Shown: positions 26,055 through 40,791 of the stretch, one piece after another | Layout: every line of letters starts with the position of its first letter | Numbering within the stretch: the first letter of the stretch is position 1 | Assembly (NCBI RefSeq): GCF_001194135.2 | Contig: NC_068987.1 | Span: 54,057,822-54,121,821 of the forward strand | Length of the DNA: 64,000 bases | Direction: 5' to 3' | DNA from: Octopus bimaculoides | Taxonomy: Eukaryota | The notes under the pieces: generated by a model | What the model was told of the DNA's origin: nothing | Database searches by the model: none | Seen by the model: only the letters and a program-made list of their open reading frames with translations | Translations under genes and position numbers: made by a program

Positions 26055-27110
26055 AATTGATTACTGATTAAACTGCACTCCAACCAATTGGCTGAAAAAC
26101 AATCATGATTAAGCTCACACCCAGTTGACTGAGATGATATGTCATTGATGTTGATTAAGCTGCACTCAAATCAACTGGCTTCAATGCATTACTGATAAAT
26201 TTTTACTCATATCAATTAAATTAGAGACATCGCTGATTAAGGTGCACTCATTTTTCTTTATTTTCTTTTTCTTTTTCTTTTGAACCACTTAACTAAAACA
26301 TTAATATTTTAGTTACTAAAACAACATTAATGTTTTAGTTACACTCAATCCAATTGGCAGACTTACATTACTGATTAAGCTGCACTCGAACAAGTTGAAT
26401 GGGATACATTAATACTTAAACTGTATGTACCCCAACTAGTTGACAAACATACATTAATAAATAAGCTCTTAAAACTATTTAGCTGAGGTACATTTCTGAT
26501 TAAATTGCACTCGAGTCAATTGGTTATAATTCACCAACGAAAGCACTTCTGTTTGAGCCACACTCAAGTTAGTTAAGTGTAGTTAGCTAGGATTTAACAG
26601 CTAAAAACACAGTCAATGAAATAATAATCAACTCACTAGAAGTTATTAACAAGGCAAGCTGTATATTCAAACTTTGACTAAAATTCATTTCTTCAAGATT
26701 TACTACCTACAACAAATTCGTTATAGATTTTACAAATATATTTACTTGTGCATTTTATATCGTCTTTGATTAACTATAGCGCCGTTACTTACAAGTTTCC
26801 AGCAAGACAATCAATTGTTCACTGCAGTCCAGACGGTGAAGCAGTGTCTGGAATCTAATACCCTAATTTGCTTCAGATCCGATAGCTAACACACTATTGA
26901 TTTAGTTCCACTGAAATCAATTAGCTGGTATCCACTGGCTAAATACTGATTAAGCAATATTTAAGTCTATCGGTTGAAATTAGATGACTGAAATATTACT
27001 AAACTCGGCATAAAGCAATTAGCTAAGATTTAATAGTTAATATACTGCAGATTAAGCAGCTATCAAATTAACTGGAAGTTATTGACAAAGCAAGCTATAT
27101 TCGAGACCAT
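26055..27110. repeat. Degenerate minisatellite, unit about 41 bp
   Basis: Core tgattaagctgcactc variants at 26065, 26106, 26152, 26193, 26234, 26372, 26413 and 26497. Confidence 0.8.
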
Positions 27111-28906
27111 AACCAATACTCTATGGCTTCAAGATAATACAATGAAAAAGGAAAAAATTACAATGACTGACTGTGGATACGTAGCATAGATATTATTGTT
27201 TATTCTCTGCTTGAATTAGAATCAGACGTCTTAGTACGAGTCATTTAGATATTTATTAGATAAGTGAAATTTTATAACTTAAATTACACCTTCATTGTCA
27301 TAATAAATTCTTTAAATAAGCGAAAAGTTGATAACTACCATTAATGATCTGAGGCAGAGGAGGATTTGGTTTTTTTTTCTTTCTTTCTACTGGATTGTGT
27401 TCATACGCCACGACTGATCTATAAACGTTTAAACTGAACATTAACCATATTTATCATAAGCAACTGCTCTGAGCTCGATTCAATGACAGCATGTAGAAGC
27501 TATGGGCAGTCTTCAGTCTGGTAGTGAGAAACTCCAGAAAGAACTGAACAGCAGAAGTTCTTCAAAGTAAAGGCCCCCCCTCCCCACCTTTATACAAGAG
27601 TTTCAACCCTTAACTCCTGACCCTCTCAAGACCCAGACTGCATCTAGGTCATGACTCTTGGATACTCTTTTAACCTGCAACTTCCTCAGTGGTCAAGGTA
27701 TTCCGGAGCCAAAGTATTTTAGGTGTCTGAGACACCTGTTAAACGTAAAGGAAGCTATTACGTCCCAACTTCACTTTCATTTTTCTTCGACAAGATCCAC
27801 TTGGAAACATTTGCAGCTATGGGCTTAAGGCAATGCTACCATTATATTAAGAACAAAAAAAAATAGAATATAAAAAAATAAAGAATGGGATGCTTCAACC
27901 GATTTTATCGATTTTGAAACAATTAAATTACACTGCTGTGTACATCCCAATGATAATTCCAATACACAATTATACAATCGTTTTTTTTTTGTTTTTTTGT
28001 TTTTTTTTTTCTGAACTTCATATGCCGCTTATTTCTGTGAACGAGAGACAAGTACTCTTCTGGACAGGACCCTAGTCTGCTGCAGATAGCCATGAGGATT
28101 TAAATCGATGCTAGGTTTCACCGTACAATTCACCAAATTCTATAGCATTGGCACTCTTTAAGGGGGCGGAGAGATATTTTACTCTGTAGTACCTTTGTAA
28201 ACCCCGGAGACGTCCGCAGGTGAGAGCTAAATGCGTTGGCAGTATCTGAACCCTGTACACCTAACGGAAAGTATACCACTGACCTCTCACTCGGATATCC
28301 TGTNNNNNNNNNNNNNNNNNNNNNNNNNNNNNNNNNNNNNNNNNNNNNNNNNNNNNNNNNNNNNNNNNNNNNNNNNNNNNNNNNNNNNNNNNNNNNNNNN
28401 NNNNNNNNNNNNNNNNNNNNNNNNNNNNNNNNNNNNNNNNNNNNNNNNNNNNNNNNNNNNNNNNNNNNNNNNNNNNNNNNNNNNNNNNNNNNNNNNNNNN
28501 NNNNNNNNNNNNNNNNNNNNNNNNNNNNNNNNNNNNNNNNNNNNNNNNNNNNNNNNNNNNNNNNNNNNNNNNNNNNNNNNNNNNNNNNNNNNNNNNNNNN
28601 NNNNNNNNNNNNNNNNNNNNNNNNNNNNNNNNNNNNNNNNNNNNNNNNNNAACAATAACAATCTACATGCGTCATTAGCGCATAGCTGTTTATTCGTTTG
28701 TTTGATTTTTTTTATTTTTGTTTTTGTTTTTGTTCGCAGCATAATACTTCACAACAAATTTTTAAAAAAAGTATTGAATTCTAATTAAAATAAATAATAA
28801 ATAAATTTTATTTATATTTTCTAACCAATAAATATAATTTAAACTCCCATATTAGTACTTAAATTATTATCAAGATTTTATATTCAGAACTTCATTTTGC
28901 ATTTTT

Positions 28907-28946
<40 letters not shown>

Positions 28947-30110
28947 CATATATATATACATACAGACATATACATATATATATATATATATTTATTAATT
29001 ACGTAGGGCAGTGCTTGGAAAGGACAATCTATGTTTCACAAATCAGTTCTTCCTGTATCAAATTTCATATGTGAGGCGTTTGCTACTTTGTGCAATAATC
29101 ACAAAGCCTGCCATCAGCCAACAACACCGCCATCGTCAGAACTCTCCCGCCTCTGTTGCGGACATTATCTGTAGTTAAGAGCATCTCTTTAGTAGATATG
29201 TGACTGCTTCTAGGGTTGTATACACATCAGATTTGGTTTAGACACCAACAACAATCAACAGATGACTACCGACACGATAATACATACATACATACATACA
29301 TACATACATACACACCTGCTTACATACACATGATTAGATACACATATGCATACGCACACATACTTAAATTGTAATACAAACAAGACACGCATACACTCAG
29401 CTACGCGTACTGTACAGTCACACACACACTTTTGCGAGGCTGTGGATTCCATATGTTTTTGCAGGTGAAAGAGGGGGCGTGAAGAAAGAAAGAAAGAAAG
29501 AAAGAAAGATGCAATAAAGTGTTCCACGCTAAATAAGATTATAAAATCCGATTTTGAAATATGTAAACCAAAATGCCGAGATGAACTACATAAACGAACG
29601 CCCAGTAAGCTGCTAGTTAGGGAAAGTTAACGGTGATTTGTATAATCAACAATTTCCTTTCAGACTTTCTGCTTTAGTTCTGCTTCTGTCTTTTTTGTTT
29701 TTTCTTTTGTTGTTGTTGTTGTTTTTTATTTGTTTGTTCTCGTATTCTTTTCCTTTGCTCTTCTATGTATTTCTTATCGCCATTACTTTGCTATTCAAGA
29801 AATAAGTGACGTCAACGATGACGTCAATAGAGTTATATGAAAAGAGCGATAGAACCGACTGCCTGTCAGTCGAACAGACAGATATTGACAGTGAGAAGGT
29901 GGGAAAGAGTAAGAATGCGTCGTATAAATGAGAGAGGGAGAGGAGAGAGAGAGAGAGAGAAAGAGAGTAAATGCGGATTAAGTTGCAGAATGAAACAGAT
30001 TGGCTGAGAGTGAGAGAGGGAGAGAGAGAGAGAGAGAAATGTATGTGCGTGTATACATGCATATGCATGTATATATATATATGTACATATATATATATAT
30101 GTACATATAC

Positions 30111-30175
<65 letters not shown>

Positions 30176-30889
30176 AACTTACACACACATGTGCATACAC
30201 GTACATATTATATATTTGTAGAGAGTGGGGGGGAAGAAACAGAGTGAAAGGTATATACAGCAAGATAGTTTTACGGAGTGTGTGAAGCGGAGAAGCGAGA
30301 GAAGAGAGAAAAGAGAAAAGATGACATGAGTGTCTGAGAGAGATAGAGAGAAAGAAACGAGAGAGAGCGAAAAACGAGAGAGAGCGAAAAACGAGAGAGG
30401 AGGGGGTGAGAAAGAAAAGCAAGCGAGAATATCTGTTAAGAGACATTGACATAATATTATTTATTAACATATCTCAAATTTTGTTGGAGAGCCCTGGCCT
30501 ATTTGTATCAAACCCAGTTCTCTCAAAAATGAAGGAGCATTTACCTGGTCCCTCGATCTGCTAACGAAAGAGTCATATCTCCATCAAATCAAACATTATT
30601 TCTTTGGAAAAAAAAAAAAAGACATATTGGATGATCGGTCTTAAACATACTTCAAAACAAGTGGCATGATCACGGCTGGAATGCCCTTCATCATAGGCCT
30701 GCTCAGTTTAGGCAACTTGAGACGAAACAAAGATACCAAACAAATGGTACTTTATTTTTCCGATCCCTAGGACACAGAATGTCGCCTGACATTTTGTCTG
30801 TACGTCTCTGGCGATCAAAAATAATTGCTTCCAAATAAGTCATGCGGTTTAGAATTTTAGACGGGAAGGGGATCACTCGTCCCCAAAGA

Positions 30890-31430
30890 CCCCAATACTT
30901 CGTGGGTTACTTTATCGACCCGGGAAGAATAAAAGTCAAAGTTGCCCCTAATAAAATTTGAGCCCAGAAGGTAAAGAGTTGAAACAAATACCGCAATACA
31001 TGCTCCCGACTCCATTAATGATATTGCCAACCCACAGCACTAACCACAATACCACAGATTTAGGGGTCTTATCTCAGTACCACTTTGATCTTTATTTTAC
31101 ACTCCCCAAAAGATTGAAAGGCGAAGTCAAATGGGGTGGGATTAAGATTCACAAACTAAATAATCCAATACACTTTGTTTCTCGTTTCTATCAGTTCCAG
31201 AAGAGTTGACGGGCTGAACTAAGGTGAAGAACGAATGCTCAAAGGTTCTCTAACTTCTGAATTTAAATCTCATCGAAGTCCTGATTTATTGATTATATTT
31301 TCCCGCTAAAATGAGAGGCAAAGCCGACCTTGACAGGATTTGAACTGGCATCAAAACGAAACAGAACAAAGCACTCCAATGCATCTTGTCCCTGGGGGCT
31401 GCATTTCTGCCAAATCCACCTCCCGTAAAA
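30890..31430 (-). mobile_element. Two or three degenerate SINE family B remnants
   Basis: tttatcgaccc...aaagtcaaagtt and ggcaaagccgacc...gatttgaact motifs. Confidence 0.6.
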
Positions 31431-31879
31431 TCAGCATAGCTATAATAATAATAATAATGCTTTCAAAATTGGCGAAGCATTATTAACAATAATAAAAAAA
31501 AGCTTTCGTTAGAGACTTGTATAGATTTGAGTATGTTTGTGCTTGTATACTGACACACAAGGACGCATATTTTGTTGGCGTAGGACAGGCCAAGAGGATG
31601 GCTGGAGAGAGAAGAGATAGAAGGAGGGAGAACGGGGGAGAGAGGGAGGGAGAGAGCAATATATTAAAATTGTATGAGGTAAGAATAATGCTAATATTTT
31701 CTTTAAATTTAATTCCTACGTATGCGAAAGGGGGAGAGAAAATGCACATATGGCAATGCCTACACACGCACGCACACACACTCACATACACACATACATA
31801 CACACACATACATACACACACACACACACATATATATATGTATATATGAAGTATACAAGCATATATTTATCTAAGGTAC

Positions 31880-31916
<37 letters not shown>

Positions 31917-32446
31917 ATATATATATATATTCACATACATGCATGCATACATACATACATACATACATACATACATACATACATACATACATAGGAGCAT
32001 AAATGTATGCAAGCTATGTATATGTATTGAAATGATGCGACCAAATAATGAGTAGTTAGAATGAGAGGCAATCTTTCAACATTTTCAGCTGTCATCGTAT
32101 ATTCTTATTNNNNNNNNNNNNNNNNNNNNNNNNNNNNNNNNNNNNNNNNNNNNNNNNNNNNNNNNNNNNNNNNNNNNNNNNNNNNNNNNNNNNNNNNNNN
32201 NNNNNNNNNNNNNNNNNNCTCTCTCTCTCTCTCTCTCTCTCTCTCGCCCACTCCGCTTTCTTCTTGCTTTTGTCTCTTTTTTTTTTTTAGCACAGAACCA
32301 GAATTCCGAGTTGAATTATCAATGTTTTGCTTCCTCTGTTATAGTTTGTCAGAATTTGACAAACTGATTCCTATGTTTAGTATTAGTATAGCTTAGCGAG
32401 GAAAATATATGAATGCATAAATGTTCTAAAAGGAAGAAATTAAAAG

Positions 32447-32483
<37 letters not shown>

Positions 32484-32499
32484 TATTATCATTAATATT

Positions 32500-33075
32500 A
32501 TTATTATTGAGTGAGAAAGCATTGCATGCCATCAAAGTAACACTGATGTACAAAATATACGAAACTCATTATACCGATCATGACTACTCGCCTGATAAGG
32601 GTATACCAGGCACGTATATCACAATCAATGAGCGTGACATGTTGATCTCATATCAAGATAAACAGCGCATGACTTTGCAGGTGAGGCCCATTTAGAATTT
32701 TCTTCAGGTTGAGTAGCCCATCCAGCTCAAAAGGTAACTGAATAAGATTTGTTTAAGGATGATGAACGAAACACCGATGTTTCCAAAGGTGAATTATTCA
32801 AACCCTAAAGAATTCCTCTTAGCACATGTCTATGACACTTCCCCACTTACTCCTGCTCATGATCAGAGATGCTCATATCGTCAGACACTAAGGGACAAGC
32901 ACGACAGGTGAAAGTTAAACAACTGACAAGCAAATCTGTGGTATTGAGTAGAATATTTGTTGTCGCCCATCTTTTACACAAAGACACCGAGACAAAACAT
33001 ATACATGTTGACACTTCCAATCAGTTAAGATCAGAAGCCGTGAAAGCCACTGCCTGATATTGCATCAGGGCATTT
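32500..33075 (+). mobile_element. Interspersed retro-like repeat bounded by (ATT)n, 3' stem-loop
   Basis: About 575 bp of GC-richer sequence flanked by (ATC/ATT)n; terminal hairpin tgcctgat-attgc-atcagggca before the (TTA)n tail. Confidence 0.6.
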
Positions 33076-33118
33076 ATTATTATTATTATTGGTGTTGTTG
33101 TCGTTGTTGTTATTATTA

Positions 33119-33154
<36 letters not shown>

Positions 33155-33292
33155 GTTTGGTTTTTGCTTTGTATTTGTACAAGTTGACTCCAAGTCTCAC
33201 CCAAAGCCCTAAAGCGACATCAAACTGGATGTTCAAGTTGGTATTATGACTAGGGTGCCATATTTGGTTTTTCACAGTGTATTGTTCTATCA

Positions 33293-33333
<41 letters not shown>

Positions 33334-33404
33334 GGCTAAGTCATTCAGATACCTCTGATCAGAACCCAATAATGTCTGAAAACCGATTAAGGCTGTTCGT
33401 TTTT

Positions 33405-33590
33405 AAGGAGCGAGCGGACAGAATCATTAGCGCACCAGACAAAATACACAGCGACATTTCGCCCCTATTTACGTTCTCAGTTCAAATACCGCCCAGGTTG
33501 ACTTTACTTTCCATCTTTTTCAGGGTCGATAAGTACCAGTTCAGAGTTCCTCCATAAATTTTCAGGCCTTCAGCCTGTAGTAGAAATTAT
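33405..33590 (+). mobile_element. SINE family B copy
   Basis: agaatcattagcgcacc...cagttcaaataccgcccaggttgactttac. Confidence 0.8.
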
Positions 33591-34022
33591 CATCATCATC
33601 ATCATCATCATGCTCAAGCGATCGTGTTGATCCACTTCTGAAGCTACTTCTGTACTAAACCTCAAGCTGTTGCAGTTCATAAAACAATTTAATAAACCTG
33701 GCCATTGAATTCGTAGTCTGGATTCTGCTGATAGGTTGCGTGTTATGGCCGATGTGTATATGTCCGTTATATATTAAGTTTGTTACATGCATATTGTCCG
33801 CAACCAAGTAGACATTATGCTCACCAGACTACATGAGAACTAAGATGTTCAGTAATGTTCATTGCAATCATTCCAATCAAATAACTGATGCAGCATATAA
33901 TCGTACATGAACCTTCACGGTGTGGCAAACACTTTTAAATCAAGAGTTAAAAGTATACGTGCACATACTTCTACATATATACATACATCTACATAGACAA
34001 ACTCTTCTTGGTAAGGAAAGAT

Positions 34023-34070
<48 letters not shown>

Positions 34071-35092
34071 GGGAAGAAATGAAAGAGAAAGAAAGGGAGT
34101 AAAAAAGAAAAGGAGAAAGTGGGGGTTGAAAGAGAGAGGATTCTGTGATGAAAGCGAAGATTGAAATACATGGGATGGGGCGCAGCGTTAGATAGATGAC
34201 AGCAAACAAACAGTGAGCTCACATATAACCAGCATGGTGAGAGGAGGTAAGAGAGAAAGAATGGACAAAGAGGGAAGGAGAGAGGAAATATGGCAAAAGA
34301 AGAGACAAAATGCTAGGAACATAACCATATCTGTTGAGGTAAAAGCATGTATATATTTGGAATTCGACTCTTGTAGCATTCATTGCCTGCTTGATCTTAG
34401 CAGTTTCAAGAACGTTATGTACGTATATATGTACATGTCAATTTGTATATCATGTATGCATGTACACTACAAAATGTGCTGGTAGGCTACTAAGAGGTGA
34501 GTGGAATGGTAGTGGGGTAAAAAGAAGAGATTTTTTTCAAGTTGGGGGTGGGATAATTAAACAACGGGTGAGGGTGAGAGTGAAATACTAGGAAAGTGTG
34601 ATGAGGGCAGATGTTCAGGGTCAAGATAAAAATACACGCGTATAGGTATATACAGTGACAGGTAGTAAGACACGAAGTAGAAAAGAACCTCATTTTCGTG
34701 GAAATGCATACATGTATATATGTATTTATATGGACGCATATAAATTTCTATCAAAGCCTATTTCTGTACTTATATCTATAAACATACACACACGCTCGCA
34801 CACATACACAAATTATATGCATGTATATATGTGCATATACATGTATCTATATGCACATATATATTCATATATTCAGGCATATATTTAACAAATGCATATG
34901 TATAAGCATAATACATGGGTATATACGCATATACGTAAATTCATATATAAAAACACACATATACATATGTGTATGTACAAATATGTGTCTCTGTTGTATG
35001 TACAAATATATAACAAATGTGTGTGTGTATACATGTGTGAGCGTGTGCGTGCGTGCGTCGACAGCACTGCGTGCGGATTTGGGCTAGTGAGA

Positions 35093-35148
<56 letters not shown>

Positions 35149-35659
35149 GCATAAATGTACTTTACCCTGCAGACACATAGCTACTCACTGCGCCAGTTCT
35201 AACTATCTCACCTGAAGGTATTTGATTTCAACCGAATAAGCAGCCAGGTGAACAAAACGTATCTCAAACGCATACACGTATCTATTTCATGGTACTTCGG
35301 TAATTAGAAAGAGAGACCTATTTCTGAAACATAGTTTGCAGGTGCGTGTACCCCCTTTTAAGCCCTTCTAAGTATGAATAAGGGGTGCTTGGTTTATGTT
35401 TGCTGCCATTGCTATTACTTTTGTTACTAATGTTTTATGTAGGTATTACTGATTGCTGCTAATCATAATGGTGATGATGAAGTTGTCGTTATTTATGTAT
35501 GTAGTTTGCTCACGATTCCTCTAGAAATAGTTGATTCCTTTCCAAGATTTCTAGATCACGTCAGATCACCTTACACACGTCAACTCCCCTCTCTTCCACT
35601 CTGCTGACAACTACATATATATGTGTGTGTGAGTGTGTGTGTAATTTATAATATACACA

Positions 35660-35694
<35 letters not shown>

Positions 35695-36227
35695 CGGGTG
35701 TATAATTTATTTTATTATACACATACACACAAACACACACACATATATCTGCTTATATATTTATGTATGAAGGTGTGTGTGTGTATGTGTATTAGTTTCT
35801 GTTTGTTATATAGATATAAAATACATATGTTTGTATGTGTATAGATGTTTGTCTGCATTTATAGGCATTTGTTATATAAATGATTGACCGNNNNNNNNNN
35901 NNNNNNNNNNNNNNNNNNNNNNNNNNNNNNNNNNNNNNNNNNNNNNNNNNNNNNNNNNNNNNNNNNNNNNNNNNNNNNNNNNNNNNNNNNNNNNNNNNNN
36001 NNNNNNNNNNNNNNNNNNNNNNNNNNNNNNNNNNNNNNNNNNNNNNNNNNNNNCTCTCTGCTTATTTCCTCATGTTCCTTTCTGTTGAAGAGCGTAGGCT
36101 CGAAACGTTAAAGACTCTCTCATCTTTCCGAGCGTTAAACTAATACACGTGTTTGTTGTTTATACACCTGTCTTCGTCTTTTGTTTTTCTATAAATTTCA
36201 ACTATATATGTGTGTGTGTATTCGTGT

Positions 36228-36520
36228 TAAGGCGCAATGGCCTAGTGGTTAAGGTAGCGAACTCGCGGTCATAGGATCCCAGACCGGGCGTTGTGAGTGT
36301 TTATTGAACGAAAACACTTAAAGCTCCACGAGGCTCCGGCAGGGGGTGGTGGAGAAACCTGCTGCACTCTTTCACCGCAACTTTCTCTCACTCTTTCTTC
36401 CTGTTTCTGCTGTACCTGTGCTTCAAAGGACCAGCCTTGTCACACTGTATCACGCTGAATCTTCCCGAGAACTACGTTATGGGTACACGTATCTGTGGAG
36501 TGCTCAGCAACTTTCACGTT
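36228..36520 (+). mobile_element. SINE family D (tRNA-like head)
   Basis: atggcctagtggttaaggtagcgaactcgcggtc...cagaccgggcg; caactttctctcactct shared with the 54043 copy. Confidence 0.8.
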
Positions 36521-36565
36521 AAGGACGGAGTGCTGTAGTAATATATATATATATATATATATACA

Positions 36566-36963
36566 CTTTTATCCTTTTACTTGTTTCAATCATTTGACTG
36601 CAGTCATGCTGGAGCACCGCAATAAAGGGATTTTTAGTCGAAGAAATCGACCTATTGACTTATTCTTTGTAAGCCTAATACTTATTCCATCGGCCATTTT
36701 TGCTAAGTTACGGGAACGTAAGCACACCGCCACCGGTTGTCAAGTGGTGGGGAGGGGAACAAATACAGGCAAAGACATACACTTAAATAAATACATATAC
36801 AACAGAATTCTTTCAGTTTCAATCCACCAAACCCACCCACAAGGCTTTGGTTGACCCGAGGCTATAGTAGAAGACATTTACCCAAAGTGTCCCGCAGTGG
36901 GACTGAACCCGGAACTATGTGGTTTGGAAGCAACCTTCTTACCACACAGCCACAGCTTGCGCC
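36566..36963 (-). mobile_element. SINE family A, full length
   Basis: Same head and tail motifs as the other copies. Confidence 0.88.
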
Positions 36964-37350
36964 TATATGTGTGTGTGCGTCTAAATATATACAAACTGAT
37001 CGTCCTTGGGTCAAGTAACCGGAAGAGGAGTCTAGGTATATTTTTCTGTTATATTTGTGCATTTGAAGAAGACATTCTCTGTTTAAACATTTACCATACA
37101 TTACAGGGTTGGTTTTAACTTTCAGTCTTCCAGATTATGAAAACGTTGACAGAGTCCCTAGCATAAATTTAATTCAGTTCTATAAACGCTTTCCAATTAA
37201 TTTTATAAGTTGGTTTGGCGCAGGATTTAACTTGGGTTAGCAACTGATATCTTATTACTCAGTGGCTTGGAAGAGCAGAGAAGGCTGGACCAATAATGCA
37301 ATGTACAAACAACCGAGGTATCGATTATTCATTTCCTGTCATCGATGTTT

Positions 37351-37381
<31 letters not shown>

Positions 37382-37401
37382 GCGTGTGCGTGTGTGTGCG
37401 T

Positions 37402-37439
<38 letters not shown>

Positions 37440-38944
37440 CAATGACCGAGACATTTAGCTCTCAAAGGTTATGTCGATCAAAATTTATGCAGGTTGCTGG
37501 TGTTGTTTGGCTCCAGATCTATGGTCAAAAAATATTCCAGCTGTGATCATCTTTTTTTTTTCTTTGTTATCTGTTGATATATTTACAGTTGCTTTAAGCC
37601 AGATTGTAACCCAGGATTACGTTGTAAAATGTTCCTCATTTTCTTAAGGTAGTAAGACGTGCTTTGAGATTTGTCTCAAGTCACATCATGTTAGGGAGAT
37701 TTGTCTCCTATTTCTCGCAGATCTCATAGTGACATAGAGGTTTCTTTCTTAGCTGAGAAAAGTACCACCTTATTGTATCTTTGAGCTCACAAAAGTAATG
37801 CCTCAGAGCTTAATGTTGGAAGCAGCACTATCAGTGCTGTGGAATTAGTAAGTTATCTTGTACTGCAGAATCTTATTCCGTATGTAAAGCTGTAATAGGC
37901 TAAGATACAATTCAGAGATTCTTCTTTTGTTGGTTTTGTACCATGCGAGACGAAAGTAAGTGCTGGTCCTATATATATTTTATTATTCGGAAAAGGACAA
38001 TCTTATAACGATTAGCGTGTATTTATCTTGTTTATCCCATCACATATTAAATAGTGTGATGGAAATAGGTCGCAAGGAATTAGAGGTATGAAAATGTCCA
38101 TGAGGCTGAGTTGGAAAGAGGTGATTAAAGGTTATTAGGCCCTCCTCCCTTGGGGTTGGAAGATAAAGGAATAACGTGCCCTGCATGTTTCCTTCAATTC
38201 AATTCCGGAATAGTAACATTTGGTACATACAACGTTAGACGGACTTGATGTTTATTGTTCAGTTGTTGAATTCCTAAAATTTTGCAAATGAACAAAACTA
38301 TATAGTTACATCAGTATATTAAACATTGAGGTTTCTGTCATTGACGTAGCGTTGGTTTTGTCTACCATCTGCAGTAGTTTAACTCAAATTGTCTGCTCTC
38401 GTCCTTATACGTAACAAATCTTCGACAAGAGGAAACACACGTATATAAAATGGCCGCCCTGTGTAGACTGCACATATGCTGCTCATCGAATGTCTTGCCA
38501 CAAGGTTTTGCACATACATTTACTGCGTTGATTTTCTAGAATTCTTTTAACACGAGAGTATTCTCCGACACATAATAGTTAAGTTTGGAAGTATACTTTT
38601 TTCTGCTGTGGGTAATATCAGGAAATGACATGATACAATAACTATAATCTAACTTTTATCAAATATTTTTATGCTTATACAAAATGACGAATGGAATGCT
38701 AATTTCCAGATTTCACTTTTATATATTAGCAATAACTATGTAGCTTTATCAATATAATAGCAATCTCCTGCATGGAATGTCTATTTTTCAGAAAGTTATC
38801 ATTGTCTGCCACCAAACCTCATGCGTTATTGTGTTAACACCTCTTATGCTAACTCTCTCTGTAGTACTCTTCTACTCTTTATACGATGTAATGTGTGACC
38901 GGAGAATTTAAACAACTAACCGACCAACATTTATGTCGGCTACG

Positions 38945-39240
38945 GCAAAGACACCCATCGGTCATGAAGGACCATGGGATGGCACCTAGAAAGTTTCCCT
39001 CCGAGACACAAGTCTGCGCAAAGTTGATTATGGAAATATGACATAATACGCCCAAGTTTACCCTTTCCCTGCCACCGATGTAGCAAAGGCCGATACAACA
39101 TGGCATCGGTGATATTGCAATTCATTTCTACAGCTGAGTGAACTGGAGCAACGTGAAATAAACACAGCTCGGTCAAGAATCAAACTCACTTCCGCATGAT
39201 TGTGAACCCGACGCTCTAACCCTGAGTCATGCTCTTTCAC
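38945..39240 (-). mobile_element. SINE family C copy
   Basis: Shares catttctacagctgagtgaactggagcaac and gaccatgggat...cctagaaagt with 12335-12670. Confidence 0.85.
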
Positions 39241-39355
39241 TATACCGGCTATCATTATATAAAGATAACATCCACTTATTGTGTTTTTGACTCGTTAGAT
39301 GACTTGAATTTCAATTTGGCAAGAGCCAGATATAGTAAGGAAGGATCTATCACAT

Positions 39356-39409
39356 TTAGTGTAGAATGGAACGTTAGTGTAGAATGGAATGTTAGTGTAG
39401 AATGGAATG
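39356..39409. repeat. 18-bp tandem repeat x3
   Basis: ttagtgtagaatggaa(c/t)g repeated three times. Confidence 0.9.
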
Positions 39410-40444
39410 TTAAATTTAGGGGTTAAGTTAAACATAGTATATTAATTAATGATATATTTAAGTGATAGTTTTGAATTCTCTTTGGTTAATAAGAGAACGC
39501 TAAGTATATTGTCGCTAAAACTGATGGTGTTGCTGTAACAGATTGTATTGTGAAACATCTTATCAAGCATAATTCTGTAAATTGAGAACATTGATTAAAT
39601 ATTTGTGAGAATGTAGTTAATCATAGTTTAACCCAAATAAGGACATTATAAGCCATTTACTCGGTCACATATATCTCTCGGGTTCAATAGTAACTTTGCA
39701 AACGACTAGAAACACTAGTATATACTATTTATTCGATAAAATAATGCGAGCAGCGATTCAACTCAAGCCTTGGCCTCACGCCTATTTAAAGAATCAACAG
39801 TTGGCCTTTTGCCTGCTCAAAAGAGGTTTTCTGAATTTCTTGGAAATAAAAGTTTGAACTATGTCACATAATAAATATTTATATTTCTTTTATTATCAGT
39901 AAAATATCACCTAAAACATGATCTTCACATTTATTTGTGTCATATTATTGGCAATGAGTAATGTTAAATCCCTTTAGACTCGCCTTTAGAATGTACAGAG
40001 GCTTCGTATCATAAATAGCTGTTGTCTATATTAGATTTTTTGTAATTTCCTTCGAATATCCTGAGATTAAAGACAGGGTGAATAAGAATTGTTAACTGCT
40101 TCAAGCAGCCGTCAGATGGAGTGGTTTTAAAATGAAAAAAACATATATATGCTTAAATTGGTAGCCAAGTTTAAATAGCTGATTGGTGAAACATGAAGAC
40201 AAAAGAAAATGAAAGTGTACTGTGCAAAGGGGAAGGCGAACTTGGACCACAAAAGGGAATGAGAGAGAAAGAGAGACAGAGAAAGAGAAAGGAAACGAGA
40301 GAGAAAACGAAAGAGAGAGAAAGAGAAAGCGAGATAGAGAGACAGGCAGACAGGAAAATAGAGGAAGACAGATGAAGACGAAGAAACATTAACAAAGATT
40401 ATAAAGAGAGAAGTAAAAGGATGGTTGTCCGATATATATGTTTA

Positions 40445-40529
<85 letters not shown>

Positions 40530-40753
40530 ATAGAGAGAGAGAGAGAGAGATGGTTAGAGAGAGAGAGATGGTTAGAGAGAGAGAGATGGTTAGAGAGAGA
40601 GAGTGAGTGAGTGAGAGAGAAAGAAAGAAAGAAAGAAAGAAAGAAAGTCTTTATTCCAAATAAGTGTAAATTCAGGAGAAAATTAAAAGAAAGTAAATGA
40701 AAAATCAAAGAAACTAAAACAAGACACTTTTTCACACACACACACACACACAG

Positions 40754-40791
<38 letters not shown>

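Noticed and set aside
26055-27110. Regularly spaced repeat as a CRISPR array
   Set aside because: Units are degenerate along their whole length with no conserved repeat plus unique spacer structure; eukaryotic context, no cas genes.
32570-32620. Hammerhead ribozyme in the retro-like repeat
   Set aside because: A hairpin is present, but the CUGANGA...GAAA core arrangement could not be matched.
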